NCBI GenBank assembly: GCA_958414825.1
Contig: CATYXQ010000004.1
Coordinates: 8,667-72,666 of the forward strand
DNA: 64,000 nucleotides
Direction: 5' to 3'
Source: an uncultured Eubacteriales bacterium
GTDB lineage: Bacteria; Bacillota; Clostridia; Oscillospirales; CAG-272
Position 1 is the stretch's first letter. Every line of letters begins with the position of its first letter. Shown piece after piece: positions 35,142 through 45,037 of this stretch. Both the position numbers and the translations under genes were made by a program. The notes beneath the pieces were generated by a model that was given only the letters and a program-made list of their open reading frames with translations, was not told the origin of the DNA and ran no database searches.

Positions 35142-37045
35142 CGTTTGCTCGCCTCCTCAATAATTTTAAGGGTTATTCCTTTACTGTTCCCATTTAGTTT
35201 TGCGTTGATTTCCGGTAACAATTCGTTTGGCCATCTTGCATAGCCTGAAATGTTTTGGCGTATGAACTCAGCAACATTTGTTTCCTCTGCGGCTGCCATG
35301 TTGTGGATAATTTTTACTGTGCAAGTAGCAAACGCCCGGTCGCGCTTTGCAATGATATGTCCCATTTCGTGGTCGATTACATTGCGATAATCCGTTCCTT
35401 TTGCAAAATGTCCGCTTTGCACCAGCATGTCGTATTCACACTTTAGAAAATTGGTATCGTCATACATAAAGCGATTCAGCGTGAGTGTGTTACCCGTGAC
35501 CATTGCAAAAGTTTCTGTATCAATGCGTCCTTGATCGTCGAGCAGATCACGATACTGTAATAGTATATTAGCATCTTTTCCGCTATTCGTCAAGCGTTCT
35601 TGATTGGTTTTGATATGTTCCAACGCTTCATCCAGTACCTTTGGATTTCCGCAGTAGGTTTCAAAACCGCCGTATGCGCCGTAATTCGGCGTGAGCTTAA
35701 TGCCATAACGGGTTGCTTTTTCGGAGAATGCGTGCAATGCGCGCTCAGAGATTGGTTTGCCAATGTCACGTTTATCCGTATATCCTTTTGGGAATGGAGC
35801 GCGTATGGCTTGCGCAACTTCGCTGGTGCTTTTCACCCGATGGAAACCGGCCACGCGCATACGCTCCATATGGGTAGGCAGCCCGGAAGCTTTGGAGAAC
35901 TTCGCATAGTGGCGGGTAAGTTGATTGATCTTTTCCTGCGCTTCCCGGCGCATGTCGTCGTCGCCACTGGCGGCGGCGAGATTGGCGCGGTCTTTCTGCT
36001 TGCGTATCTCGGTTTCCAGCTTGCGCTGCATTTGCGTTGCTTCATAACCGGTGTATGTCTTGCCCTCGTATTCTATGATACGTCTGTCGTTTGCTTTCAG
36101 TGCGGCAAGCTCGTCTTTGTCATAGGTGGGTTCATCTATTCCGAGCAGAATAGGGAATTTATAGTGCAGGCAGTTGTAATCATTTAAAAGCGCTTCCGGC
36201 ATTTCTTCACCGCCTGAGAACGGCGGGTAATATTTGCCGTTCACCGTCACGCCTTTGTCGCCCACGGCGTATTGCTCGCCGCCCATTGCCTCATGCGAGG
36301 GACGCGGATTCGAGTGATAGCTGATTTCCCAACCGTCCGCGCCGCATTCTTCGCCTACCTGATCGGATACGCCCTGCGCGCATTGTTTTACGCCCCACAG
36401 AACATTTTGACGCACAGATGTATCCAAACGCCGGGAGTATCCGGTGGCATAATCTACCGTGCGTATTCCGCTGTCAGACAGCGCTTTCATAGTTTGGCGC
36501 ATTGCGCTTTGATAATCCGTTATACCTGTTTGAGCGGCAGTCACCGCTTCGTCTATGACACGGGTATACGTTTCGGACAGGGAAGTAGGAATTTTGTTGC
36601 TGTTGGCTTTGAAAAAAGAATTTGTCGTTCCGTCAGCGCCGAAGATGCAGAATGCCGTATGCTGCGTAAGATTGATATACTCACTTACGGTTTGACGGCT
36701 TACACTCTCGATATAACGCTGTAACTCCGTGTTTTTCGCATAGGGGATCTGCTGAATCCCGTTTGCGTCATACAACGGTGCGGCGGATGTGTAAATATCT
36801 TTGGCAACTGCATTTATGATGTCGCGTATTTCCCGCGTGTTTTTTGATGTGATGCGTTCAAGTTCGGTTTCAATGTCTGCCACACCGTAGGTTTGTATGC
36901 GCTGCAGCTTGTGTAAATCGCCGCTTGACAGTTGCCCGATCTCTTTTACTTTTTGCCCGATTCGGTTCAGATACTCGGTATTGATCGCATTTAACCGCTG
37001 ATAGATCGTTTCGGGTAAAGCGTTTAATATATCCTCACGGAGCAT
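35138..37045 (-). CDS. Minor capsid / head morphogenesis protein (about the first 400 aa) fused to a C-terminal HEXXH metallopeptidase-like domain
   Basis: ORF track. The N-terminal part resembles A118/SPP1-type minor capsid proteins that follow the portal (WEISYHSNPRPSHEAMGGEQYA). The C-terminal roughly 230 aa contain HEMGH (nt 35357-35371; NVIDHEMGHIIAKRD). Confidence 0.75.
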   Translation of the reverse strand: MLREDILNALPETIYQRLNAINTEYLNRIGQKVKEIGQLSSGDLHKLQRIQTYGVADIETELERITSKNTREIRDIINAVAKDIYTSAAPLYDANGIQQIPYAKNTELQRYIESVSRQTVSEYINLTQHTAFCIFGADGTTNSFFKANSNKIPTSLSETYTRVIDEAVTAAQTGITDYQSAMRQTMKALSDSGIRTVDYATGYSRRLDTSVRQNVLWGVKQCAQGVSDQVGEECGADGWEISYHSNPRPSHEAMGGEQYAVGDKGVTVNGKYYPPFSGGEEMPEALLNDYNCLHYKFPILLGIDEPTYDKDELAALKANDRRIIEYEGKTYTGYEATQMQRKLETEIRKQKDRANLAAASGDDDMRREAQEKINQLTRHYAKFSKASGLPTHMERMRVAGFHRVKSTSEVAQAIRAPFPKGYTDKRDIGKPISERALHAFSEKATRYGIKLTPNYGAYGGFETYCGNPKVLDEALEHIKTNQERLTNSGKDANILLQYRDLLDDQGRIDTETFAMVTGNTLTLNRFMYDDTNFLKCEYDMLVQSGHFAKGTDYRNVIDHEMGHIIAKRDRAFATCTVKIIHNMAAAEETNVAEFIRQNISGYARWPNELLPEINAKLNGNSKGITLKIIEEASKR

Positions 37046-38345
37046 GGCCGATTAAATCCTGCATGACGGGTTCGCTCTCTTCGATTTTGTCTATCGCCGC
37101 CTGTGCTTCTTCTATGGTTTCTCCCGTTTGCCATGCGCGTAGTTCGGCTTTTGAGCGTATGCCCATTGATCGCCCGTCTTTTAGCTGCTGCCATGTCTCG
37201 CCGCTGTTCTCCAGCATCGACATATCCCAGTCATACTGTACCGTATAATCTCCCGGCGGCGTAAGTCCGTAATAATTGCACAGCACATTGATTGCATAGA
37301 CGGTATTGTCAATCGCTTTTTCAGCGGCTTTGCGGATATTGCCGACCAGCGCCCACGTGTCATGCTGTGCGCGCCGTATTTCGGTAGCGGTCGCCGCGGC
37401 TTCCGGAGCGGTTAATATGCCTTTAGACGTGCCGATCGCTTTTTCCAAAAGTTCAAAAAGTTCCTGCACACGTGAAGAATATGCGGCGCTTCGGATTTCC
37501 GGGCTATACTCATGCCACATATCATCATTGTCGCCGCTGCCTTGAAATGTTTTAAACAATCCGCTTTCCGGAAGTTTATCATCTTTACCGAATAGTGTAC
37601 TGTCTATACTTATAAATGCGCGTTTGAGCTTGTATTCATTTGCTTCTTCAGCAAGCGTTTTGTGTATTTCGTCGATGATTTCACTACAGCCGTATGTAAT
37701 TGGTACGCCGTCATAGCTATCGGGGCGACGATTATCCTGTGGGCATCGGAGATAGCCGAAGAGCAGTCTGTCGCATCCCGGTATATCTATTTTTTCTGGA
37801 ATATTTGTCCATTCCGGCAAGGCGTCTAATGCATATGGCTGATCGTTGAGCGTTGCTCGATTTTGTACGGTACAGATATTACCTTTCAGCGAATATTCTG
37901 TCCAGCGCGCATATTTTTTGTTGTCGCGCACAATATAATCGGACAGTATAACTGCCCTCGTTATTTCGTCGCCGTGGCTTTCTGCGATAAAAAAACGGCT
38001 TTGCGGTACAATGTCGAAGTATATTTTGCCACTTACGCTATAGGGCACGATTACGACGCCGCCGTATCCCAGCGCGCCGGATACAATTTTTTGCGCATGC
38101 GCTGTAAACTGCGATTGTAAAATGTCGTTTATAAAACCAGCGCGTATAGTGTCGCCTACGGCAGTTATTGTGCTGTCTGTAACGGCAAGCGTTGCAAGTT
38201 TGCCCGCTACAATTGCGGTAAAGTTGATTTCTTTTACTTTTTCGTATATTTCCGACCATGCAGCCGTTTCCCGCATTTGTTTGGCTGTTCGTATTATCTT
38301 CACGCCAAATAAACGCTGTATATTTGCTTTTATCGTCTCCCACAT
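37035..38345 (-). CDS. Portal protein
   Basis: ORF track. 436 aa, immediately downstream of the large terminase. Confidence 0.8.
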   Translation of the reverse strand: MWETIKANIQRLFGVKIIRTAKQMRETAAWSEIYEKVKEINFTAIVAGKLATLAVTDSTITAVGDTIRAGFINDILQSQFTAHAQKIVSGALGYGGVVIVPYSVSGKIYFDIVPQSRFFIAESHGDEITRAVILSDYIVRDNKKYARWTEYSLKGNICTVQNRATLNDQPYALDALPEWTNIPEKIDIPGCDRLLFGYLRCPQDNRRPDSYDGVPITYGCSEIIDEIHKTLAEEANEYKLKRAFISIDSTLFGKDDKLPESGLFKTFQGSGDNDDMWHEYSPEIRSAAYSSRVQELFELLEKAIGTSKGILTAPEAAATATEIRRAQHDTWALVGNIRKAAEKAIDNTVYAINVLCNYYGLTPPGDYTVQYDWDMSMLENSGETWQQLKDGRSMGIRSKAELRAWQTGETIEEAQAAIDKIEESEPVMQDLIGHAP

Positions 38346-38348
38346 AAT

Positions 38349-39623
38349 TTATTGTCCTTTCCTGCGCCATACGGATTCCAGCGCATAGCGAACGCTGTCA
38401 ATAGCATGGTTGTTTTTGTCCGGATAGGCGCTGATAATCTCGCCGTCTTTGGTTCGCTCATATTCATACTCGGTAAATTCTGTGGCTGTATACGGCGTTC
38501 TGCTGGGATCAATAACAATTGCACACAAAGACGCAAGCCATTTCATAGAATATTCCACACTTCCGGATCCCTTAATAGCGGCACGGCAAAACAGACCATA
38601 GCTTCGATAGTCGCCAACGCTTTTCATCTCGGCGCTGTCCGCAGTGATAAGATCACTGCTTGACACGCTTTTATTTTCGCGCAAATAGCGCGCTGTGTCC
38701 GTGTTGCTTGTTTTGTGCGCACGGTATTCGTCGTAAATATACAGCGCTCGGCGCGCCGCGTCATAATGCATTTTTGTCCACTGAAACGGATCAGGATACC
38801 ATCCCCAGTCTATTCCCATATAAATACGGTCAAATGTTTGTATTTCTGCATTTGTAATTTCACGAATCTGTACGTTTTCAAATACGCTTCCCCCTGTACC
38901 GACCACTTCGCCTAAATATTCGTGTTTATAGGCGGTGTGGTTGATCGACTGTAAGAAGTTCGCTTCGTCATAAAACGGCTGGCCAAGCCATGCGCGCGGT
39001 ACATCTAAATACGTACTGCGATGTACCAACATGCCGGGCTTGTTTAACATAGCGTACTTATTTGCCCAGTTTGCGGCGCTGGTCGGCGGATTGAAGGACT
39101 TGAATACGCAAAATTTTTCGCCGCCGCGCATTACTGATTGTTCAATGCTGCGAATTTGCTCGTCTCCGCGAAATTGGTCAAGTTCTTCAAACCATAAAAT
39201 ACCGATATATCCGAAAGTTGGTTTTATAGATTTAATTTTGCTTTGATCGTCTGCTCCTCTGAAATAGATTGTCTGACCAGTAGATTTTTTTACAATTTCC
39301 AAAGGAGATTTTTTACATACAAATTCGCTCGATACACCAAGCATGTCAATAGCCCATACGATTTGCGCATATACGCTATCTTTCAGTGTATCCTTTACTT
39401 GACGACATATGAGCGCGTGCATGTTTGGATATTGTTTTAGCATCAATATAACTTCTATGCCGCAAAAAGAAGATTTGCAGCTTCCACGTCCACCGGAAAG
39501 CACATATTCGGTGTGCTTTGCCGATTTTATATCGCGGTGTACGGTATAAAATGCCGGTGCAATTATATCGGTTAGACGCACATCAAATGTCGTCAATGAT
39601 GCGTACCTCCTTAGATGAAACAT
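38349..39623 (-). CDS. terL: Terminase large subunit (PBSX-like)
   Basis: ORF track. Walker A GGRGSCKSS, FEELDQF (Walker B-like), and a C-terminal nuclease region with conserved Asp residues. Confidence 0.9.
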   Translation of the reverse strand: MFHLRRYASLTTFDVRLTDIIAPAFYTVHRDIKSAKHTEYVLSGGRGSCKSSFCGIEVILMLKQYPNMHALICRQVKDTLKDSVYAQIVWAIDMLGVSSEFVCKKSPLEIVKKSTGQTIYFRGADDQSKIKSIKPTFGYIGILWFEELDQFRGDEQIRSIEQSVMRGGEKFCVFKSFNPPTSAANWANKYAMLNKPGMLVHRSTYLDVPRAWLGQPFYDEANFLQSINHTAYKHEYLGEVVGTGGSVFENVQIREITNAEIQTFDRIYMGIDWGWYPDPFQWTKMHYDAARRALYIYDEYRAHKTSNTDTARYLRENKSVSSSDLITADSAEMKSVGDYRSYGLFCRAAIKGSGSVEYSMKWLASLCAIVIDPSRTPYTATEFTEYEYERTKDGEIISAYPDKNNHAIDSVRYALESVWRRKGQ

Positions 39624-39948
39624 CTTGCGCCAAGTCGCTCCATGCGCACCAATGCTTCAAGGCAAATATACTCATCGTCGGTTGATATTTCCCGCACATA
39701 GCGCCTTGCGCGATAATGTCTCCGCGTATGCTGTCAAACTCTTTTTTTATTTCGGGGAATATCTTATATAAGCTGTTGTATATTGTTTTGCGGTCTGTCG
39801 GGTTGTTATGCTTTTTTTCAAGCCAACGGCAAAACGCAGTCTGCGTAGGCACTTGTGCGAATCCGTTGTCTGCGATCTCGTAGCAATATTCGCGCCAAAG
39901 GGCTATTAATTCGTCTCCGTTTTTGAATTTATTCGATTTGGTCTTCAT
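39583..39948 (-). CDS. Terminase small subunit (positional call)
   Basis: ORF track lists 39583..39981. The ATG at 39948 lies 7 nt after AAAGGAGG. It overlaps the terL start. Confidence 0.55.
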   Translation of the reverse strand: MKTKSNKFKNGDELIALWREYCYEIADNGFAQVPTQTAFCRWLEKKHNNPTDRKTIYNSLYKIFPEIKKEFDSIRGDIIAQGAMCGKYQPTMSIFALKHWCAWSDLAQDVSSKEVRIIDDI

Positions 39949-40123
39949 ACATTTGCCTCCTTTCTTCCACGCACCGACCAAACGGGCAGTAAATCACATT
40001 ACCTGCAATTTGTGTTTTCCAAATGCACGCGCGGCATTTTTGCTCCTGCGCCGCCTGCTTTTGCCGCCGTATGCGCATCTGTTCGGCAATATGCTCAAAA
40101 TTTGATTTTTCCGCGTTATACAT
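39929..40123 (-). CDS. Small Cys-containing hypothetical protein
   Basis: ORF track lists 39929..40141. The ATG at 40123 follows GAGGAG. It has a CRAC...CPFGRC pattern, a possible zinc ribbon. Confidence 0.4.
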   Translation of the reverse strand: MYNAEKSNFEHIAEQMRIRRQKQAAQEQKCRACIWKTQIAGNVIYCPFGRCVEERRQMYEDQIE

Positions 40124-40229
40124 TGCGTCTCCTCGTAACAAAAAGCAGAGACGCCCGCGCGGCTCCGCTTTTTGATAATCTTTTACAGTACCAGTATACC
40201 ATAGACGCGCGTAACAAAAGTAACAACTT

Positions 40230-40628
40230 TTAATTGTTTGCTTTTATATACCGATAGCAAATCATTTTTACACCCGCTTCGGTGTTGTTGCCTCCAACGC
40301 CGGCTGATACTTGATCCCAGCGTAATCCATTGACAAACCGCAGTGTAAATATCTGCCGAGTCAAGCTGTCCGGTATATCCGCTATGTAGCGCTCAAGGCG
40401 GGTGCGTTCATACATGCATTGCCGCTGTTTGGCTTCTATGATTCTGCGCAGATCGGATATTTCGGCGGCATACCGCGCCGTTTTATCCGCTATGCCGGGG
40501 GGTACGGGCATACCGGTATTGACTGGTATACTCGGCAGTGTTCCCGCCTTGAGCCTTGCCAGCCGCTCCATGTCCGCCTTGATCTCGCGGTTAAGGTAAT
40601 ATAGCTGGGATAAGTCTTTCAGGTTCAC
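40230..40628 (-). CDS. Sigma-70 region-4-like late transcription regulator (RinA/DUF1492-like)
   Basis: ORF track. The C-terminal block IPDSLTRQIFTLRFVNGLRWDQVSAGVG is HTH-like. It sits between the replication and packaging modules. Confidence 0.6.
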   Translation of the reverse strand: MNLKDLSQLYYLNREIKADMERLARLKAGTLPSIPVNTGMPVPPGIADKTARYAAEISDLRRIIEAKQRQCMYERTRLERYIADIPDSLTRQIFTLRFVNGLRWDQVSAGVGGNNTEAGVKMICYRYIKANN

Positions 40629-40639
40629 GCGGCGCCTCC

Positions 40640-41002
40640 TTAAATCTCCCGTATCCGGATCCCGTATTTCTGCAGCATCAGCTTACGCTTCAGGACATAT
40701 TCCCTTGTCCGCACGCCCTTGACGTCCTCGACGACATAGGCCATAGTCTCCGTGTCGAAATAGCAGAAATCGGCGTAATAGGCGCATTCCCGCTCGATCA
40801 GCTTCCCCTTTATCGGCTGACCGCGTTTCCCAGTCGCGCCTCCTTCACGCTGCGCCGGGATCAGCACAAATTTTTTCTGCCGCCGAAGCTCGGCTATCTT
40901 CCCGGCGCGCTCCAAAAGTCTTAGCTCCTGATACCGCCGCGCCTCTTTTTCGCTGTCAAACACGACGCCGTCTATCTCGGTTTTTCTGTTTTTGTATTTC
41001 AT
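40640..41002 (-). CDS. DUF1064 family protein (putative endonuclease/resolvase)
   Basis: ORF track. KTEIDGVVFDSEKEARRYQELRLLERAGKI...DFCYFD...VEDVKG is typical of DUF1064. Confidence 0.75.
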   Translation of the reverse strand: MKYKNRKTEIDGVVFDSEKEARRYQELRLLERAGKIAELRRQKKFVLIPAQREGGATGKRGQPIKGKLIERECAYYADFCYFDTETMAYVVEDVKGVRTREYVLKRKLMLQKYGIRIREI

Positions 41003-41806
41003 TTCGCCGCTCCGTCAAAAATACTTGCCTGTACATACTGCGATTCATATGTACGCGCACCAAGCATTTGCGCCGTGGCTTTGTTGTAATATTCCCGCGA
41101 CACCTCAAAGCCATATGCATTTCGTCCGAGTTCCGCACATGCCCGAAGTGTGCTTCCGCTTCCCGCACATGGATCGATCACCACGTCGCCCGCATCGGTA
41201 AATATCTCGATCAGCCTTTTCAGCACAGATATTGGCTTTTGCGTCGGGTGGATTTTCGGATACTGCTTCGCGCTGTCGCGCTTCCACTCAAACCAATTGA
41301 AAACCATATGCCCGCCACCGTTAAACTTGGGGAGCTTGTCTCGATACAAAACGACCGCATATTCGGTCGCGCCGACGATTTTCATGTTGGCTTTTAAAAC
41401 CTGCGCCGAGTAGTTTTTGCAAAAGATCAGCGGATAGCTGTGCATAAAGCCATACTTCGCTCCGTATTCGATCAAAACAGGTATTTGCTCAAACGCGCAG
41501 AACACGATCATAGCGGGCGCTTTCCCGCGTTCCTTCGGCTCCTTTTTCAGCATCTTTGAGCAGAAGTGCATATATTCCGCGATTTTAAAATCTCCATCGC
41601 CGTTAAAAAACGCTTTTGCCGCCTTTTGGCTTTCGCCGTTTTTGCTTTTGCCGCCGATATACCATTCCGGATTCGAGGCATACGCACTTGCGCCGAGGTT
41701 ATGGTATGTCCGCGATCACAAGCTGCGCTTTCGGTATGCCGTACCGCTTGTAGTTCTGGAAATTGTCATGATACAGCTTGATTTTTAGCTGCTTATTCCC
41801 GTTCAT
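40999..41806 (-). pseudogene. Beta-class DNA methyltransferase (N6-A/N4-C type) interrupted by a frameshift inside the DPPY-type motif
   Basis: The N-terminal frame starts at ATG 41806 (ATGA overlap with the upstream stop). It reads MNGNKQLKIKLYHDNFQNYKRYGIPKAQLVIADIP and then TAA at 41701..41699. The +1 frame continues as (Y)NLGASAYASNPEWYIGG...EYMHFCSKML, which is the ORF-track ORF 40999..41571. That ORF carries IHPTQKP and VVIDPCAGSGST. One missing base in GACATACCATA-AAC would restore DIPYNLG. Confidence 0.7.
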
Positions 41807-42528
41807 TGCGTACCTCCATAAGCCTTTTGCATCGCTTTTTCAAAAAATTCGTCCACCGTAAAGCTCTGCGGCGCTTTGGACGGCTTTTCCCGCCTGTCGT
41901 CCAAGCCGTTTTTCTCCCATGTGCGCACCGCCGCTTTCCAGTCCTGCATGGGATTTTTCCCGACCTTCCAGCCGTTGGACGCATAAAAGCTGCAAAAGCG
42001 TTCGGCGTCAACGCAGTTCCCACGTCCACGGCAATATTCCGCCACTTCCTCGACCGTGGGAGCGGTAAAGCGCGCAGCGCTTTTCTTTACACGCTCGTTA
42101 GAGCGTGTTTCTTTTTCGGATATGGATTCGGATTCGGATTGGATTACGGGCGCATTTGTATTCATTTGCTTGCATATGCTCGCAGATGATTTCATGTGCT
42201 CGCATGGCTCCGGAAATTTGCTTCGCTTCGCCCTTACGCTCTGATGGTCATTCCACGTCGGCAGATACAGATACGGCTTGCCCTCAAACTCATACAGAGC
42301 AACCATACCGGCAGTCGCCAACGTATTGACGGCCTCGGAAACAGCTTTGGTCGTAAGCGATTCTTTGAGCGGAAAGAGGCGATTTTTTATGATCGCCGGT
42401 CTTCCGTCAAATCGTCCGTAATCGTCGCAGTTGACGATCAGACGGTAAAATAAAACTTCCTCGAACCATGAAAGACGCGCTATACTGTCTGATGTGCATA
42501 TGCTCTCTTTTATGATTCTGTTCGGCAT
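41803..42528 (-). CDS. Phage replisome organizer (N-terminal replisome-organizer region plus conserved phage C-terminal domain)
   Basis: ORF track. The N-terminus is RIIKESICTSDSIARLSWFEEVLFYRLIVNCDDYGRFDGRPAII. The C-terminus is FTAPTVEEVAEYCRGRGNCVDAERFCSFYASNGWKVGKNPMQDWKAAVRTWEK. Confidence 0.75.
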   Translation of the reverse strand: MPNRIIKESICTSDSIARLSWFEEVLFYRLIVNCDDYGRFDGRPAIIKNRLFPLKESLTTKAVSEAVNTLATAGMVALYEFEGKPYLYLPTWNDHQSVRAKRSKFPEPCEHMKSSASICKQMNTNAPVIQSESESISEKETRSNERVKKSAARFTAPTVEEVAEYCRGRGNCVDAERFCSFYASNGWKVGKNPMQDWKAAVRTWEKNGLDDRREKPSKAPQSFTVDEFFEKAMQKAYGGTQ

Positions 42529-42537
42529 ATCCTCACC

Positions 42538-42966
42538 TCAAAAGGGAAGCCCGTCCTGCTCGGACACATCCTCAAACTTCGGCTGCGCGTAGGCGTCCGG
42601 CACATATGTACTGTTTGGCTGTACCGTGCGTTCGTCCGCCGTCCGCTTGCTTTCAGCAAAGCTTACTTCATCGGCCACAACCTCGGTTACAACCCGCTTT
42701 ACGCCCTGACTGTCCGTATAGCCGCGGACTTGTACCGACCCGCATACCAAGATCGGCATACCCTTTTTAAAATACCGGGAAACAAATTCCGCCGTCTGCC
42801 GCCATGCGACAATGCTGATAAAATCCGTTTTGGGCTCTGCGTCTTTTGCCGCGCGCCGGTTTACCCCGATTGAAAAGGATACGACCGATAGACCCGACTG
42901 CGTTTGCTTGAGTTCCGGATCGGCGGTCAAATGACCGAGCAAAATAGCCTTATTAAAGCTTGCCAT
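42538..42966 (-). CDS. ssb: Single-stranded DNA-binding protein
   Basis: ORF track. OB-fold N-terminus (FNKAILLGHLTADPELKQTQSGLSVVSFSIGVNR) and an acidic C-terminal tip ending DGLPF. Confidence 0.9.
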   Translation of the reverse strand: MASFNKAILLGHLTADPELKQTQSGLSVVSFSIGVNRRAAKDAEPKTDFISIVAWRQTAEFVSRYFKKGMPILVCGSVQVRGYTDSQGVKRVVTEVVADEVSFAESKRTADERTVQPNSTYVPDAYAQPKFEDVSEQDGLPF

Positions 42967-43255
42967 ATTCCCCTCTGCTCTCCAATTCTTTTATTTTTCT
43001 TCTCAGCGGCGTCGTCTGCTTTAAAATGTTCAGCGCGCGCCGCCGCATCTGCCGGTACTGCGCGTCCAGCGCTTCCCGGTCGTTCTCGTCTATTAGGAAA
43101 TACCCGCCGCCGTCCTGCCGGTTGCCGATGATATAGCCGTCCATGCGAAGCCGCTCGATCTCTTTCCGCACTGCGCGGTCATGCGTACCGGTTCGCGCCG
43201 AAAGACATGCGCGCGATACGCCGCCGCATTCTTTTAATACTTCCAGTACCGTCAT
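42953..43255 (-). CDS. Winged-helix DNA-binding hypothetical protein
   Basis: ORF track lists 42953..43270, which uses a TTG start. The ATG at 43255 lies 6 nt after GGAGGAA. Confidence 0.5.
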   Translation of the reverse strand: MTVLEVLKECGGVSRACLSARTGTHDRAVRKEIERLRMDGYIIGNRQDGGGYFLIDENDREALDAQYRQMRRRALNILKQTTPLRRKIKELESRGEYGKL

Positions 43256-43273
43256 AGGTAGTTCCTCCAATTT

Positions 43274-44065
43274 TTATTGATTTTCAGACGCTTCTTCAAA
43301 TTCCGCTTCTATTGTCACATCCGGTACCGAATACATATCTTCGCTGATTTCGGTTTTTATCGTTTCATCCTGCGCTACGGCGCGCACAAAATCCGATTTC
43401 AGCGGCGCATATTTCAAAACCTTTTTGAGTACAGTCTTCTTCGCCATTTCTTCAAAGTTGGTTTGCCAAGGTCCGCTTGAGAATGACTTTGAAAACTTTT
43501 CTGCGTGCGCGCGCACATCCGGAATGCTCATGACCTCAAAACCATATCCGCCGTCTTTGGTGCGGAACATGGCGTATACATAGGCAGGCTCGCCGCGGTC
43601 AGATATTGCCGGCTTATGATACAGCGTAGGTTCGAGACCGAATGAATAGTTAAATTCGTCATTTTCATACACGATCTGCGCCTGAATTACACTGACGTCG
43701 CCGGAACGGTAAGCAAGGTCGATCATTCCTTTATATCCAAGCTGGAACTGACACTCGTTGCACTTCGTTTTCCCATTCCAAAACGGAATCAAGTACGCCT
43801 GTCCGAGCGGCGTGTTCGGCTCAACGCCAAGCTGCGCCGCCGTCATCATAGCGCCGAGAAAGCTCTGCGGCGTTGTTTGTGCGAGCTTTGGATTTGTGGA
43901 TAGCGCAGAAAGTACGATCCTGGTAAAGCGTTCGGGCGTAATAACGCTGGGCAGCGCTTTTTTAATTTCACTTTGCATTTGTTTGATGTACTGCTGCATG
44001 GTCAGTTTCGCGGCGTTCTCATTCACGCCGCCCGCCACAGCGTTCTGAATCATGGTGTTTGCCAT
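43274..44065 (-). CDS. recT: RecT-family single-strand annealing recombinase
   Basis: ORF track. It matches RecT family patterns (PERFTRIVLSALSTNPKL, LGQAYLIPF, QLGYKG) and is paired with the upstream exonuclease. Confidence 0.9.
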   Translation of the reverse strand: MANTMIQNAVAGGVNENAAKLTMQQYIKQMQSEIKKALPSVITPERFTRIVLSALSTNPKLAQTTPQSFLGAMMTAAQLGVEPNTPLGQAYLIPFWNGKTKCNECQFQLGYKGMIDLAYRSGDVSVIQAQIVYENDEFNYSFGLEPTLYHKPAISDRGEPAYVYAMFRTKDGGYGFEVMSIPDVRAHAEKFSKSFSSGPWQTNFEEMAKKTVLKKVLKYAPLKSDFVRAVAQDETIKTEISEDMYSVPDVTIEAEFEEASENQ

Positions 44066-44086
44066 TTTTTCTATCTCCTTATGTAA

Positions 44087-45037
44087 TTAAGATTTTTTTA
44101 CGTAAAACGGCCTCGAAGTAGATTCTTTAAAATAAGCCGTCAAATCCGTTTCAGGATTATCCTTCACAAAATCCTTTATCTGAAAGCTTTTGCGCGTCTG
44201 GGATTTCCAAGTCACGATATATCCGCCGCATGTTCCGTGTTCGCTCTCTTTCAGGTCGGATTTGATCAGATTTTCAATCTCGCTTATCCGGTTATCAATC
44301 GCTTTTTTTTGCGCTTTAAGACCTGCATATTCTTCGAGCACGCTTTCACGCCCGAAGAGTTCAACCGTGCCGTTCATGCTGTCTGTATAGAGCGTGGACA
44401 AGGTTTCGGTCGTTGCCTCGCTGCCGTCCGGCGGAGGCGGGGAATCGGGAATCACATAAGAATCCCAAAAATTTTTTTCTGCCTGCATCAGCGCTTCGAT
44501 TTCGGCTTCGTCGCGTTCGAGCGTATAGGTAAAGAACCCGCGCCCGAAGACCAAAACGGCAAGATACCAACGCGCTTTACCTGTCACCGCCAAATAATGT
44601 ACGCATTGAACATAGTATTGTTCGGGAAATTCAATACCGCAAAATTGCTTCACATCCAGCGTGGAGGTTGTTTTGCATTCCAGCCCTGCATCTTCCCCGA
44701 CGATTTCGCGATCAATATCCGCATGTGCAAAAGGATATTTTGCGTTGTAGAGCATAGCGCGCTTACGACGCACTGCTTTTCCGTTCTGTTCGCAGAAACG
44801 GCGCGCTACATATTCCTCAAGGTCGCGTCCGATCCGCATGGCTTCGTTATCTGGCTTGTCCGGCAATCGCCCTGTTTTGTCTGCCCATATACTGAATCGG
44901 GAACTGTATTTTGACAAGCCCACAATGCCGGATGCGTCGCTGCCTCCGATCGTTTTTCTCCTTTGTGAGATCCATTCTTCTCGGCTCATATCTTTCGTAG
45001 ACACAGCGTGTATGTTCCCCTTGTCAAAACGCGCCAT
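44087..45037 (-). CDS. YqaJ-like viral recombinase exonuclease
   Basis: ORF track lists 44087..45172; I prefer the ATG at 45037 (MARFDKGN...). Motifs: TIGGSDASGIVGLSKYSS, HADIDRE, GLECKTT. Confidence 0.85.
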   Translation of the reverse strand: MARFDKGNIHAVSTKDMSREEWISQRRKTIGGSDASGIVGLSKYSSRFSIWADKTGRLPDKPDNEAMRIGRDLEEYVARRFCEQNGKAVRRKRAMLYNAKYPFAHADIDREIVGEDAGLECKTTSTLDVKQFCGIEFPEQYYVQCVHYLAVTGKARWYLAVLVFGRGFFTYTLERDEAEIEALMQAEKNFWDSYVIPDSPPPPDGSEATTETLSTLYTDSMNGTVELFGRESVLEEYAGLKAQKKAIDNRISEIENLIKSDLKESEHGTCGGYIVTWKSQTRKSFQIKDFVKDNPETDLTAYFKESTSRPFYVKKS

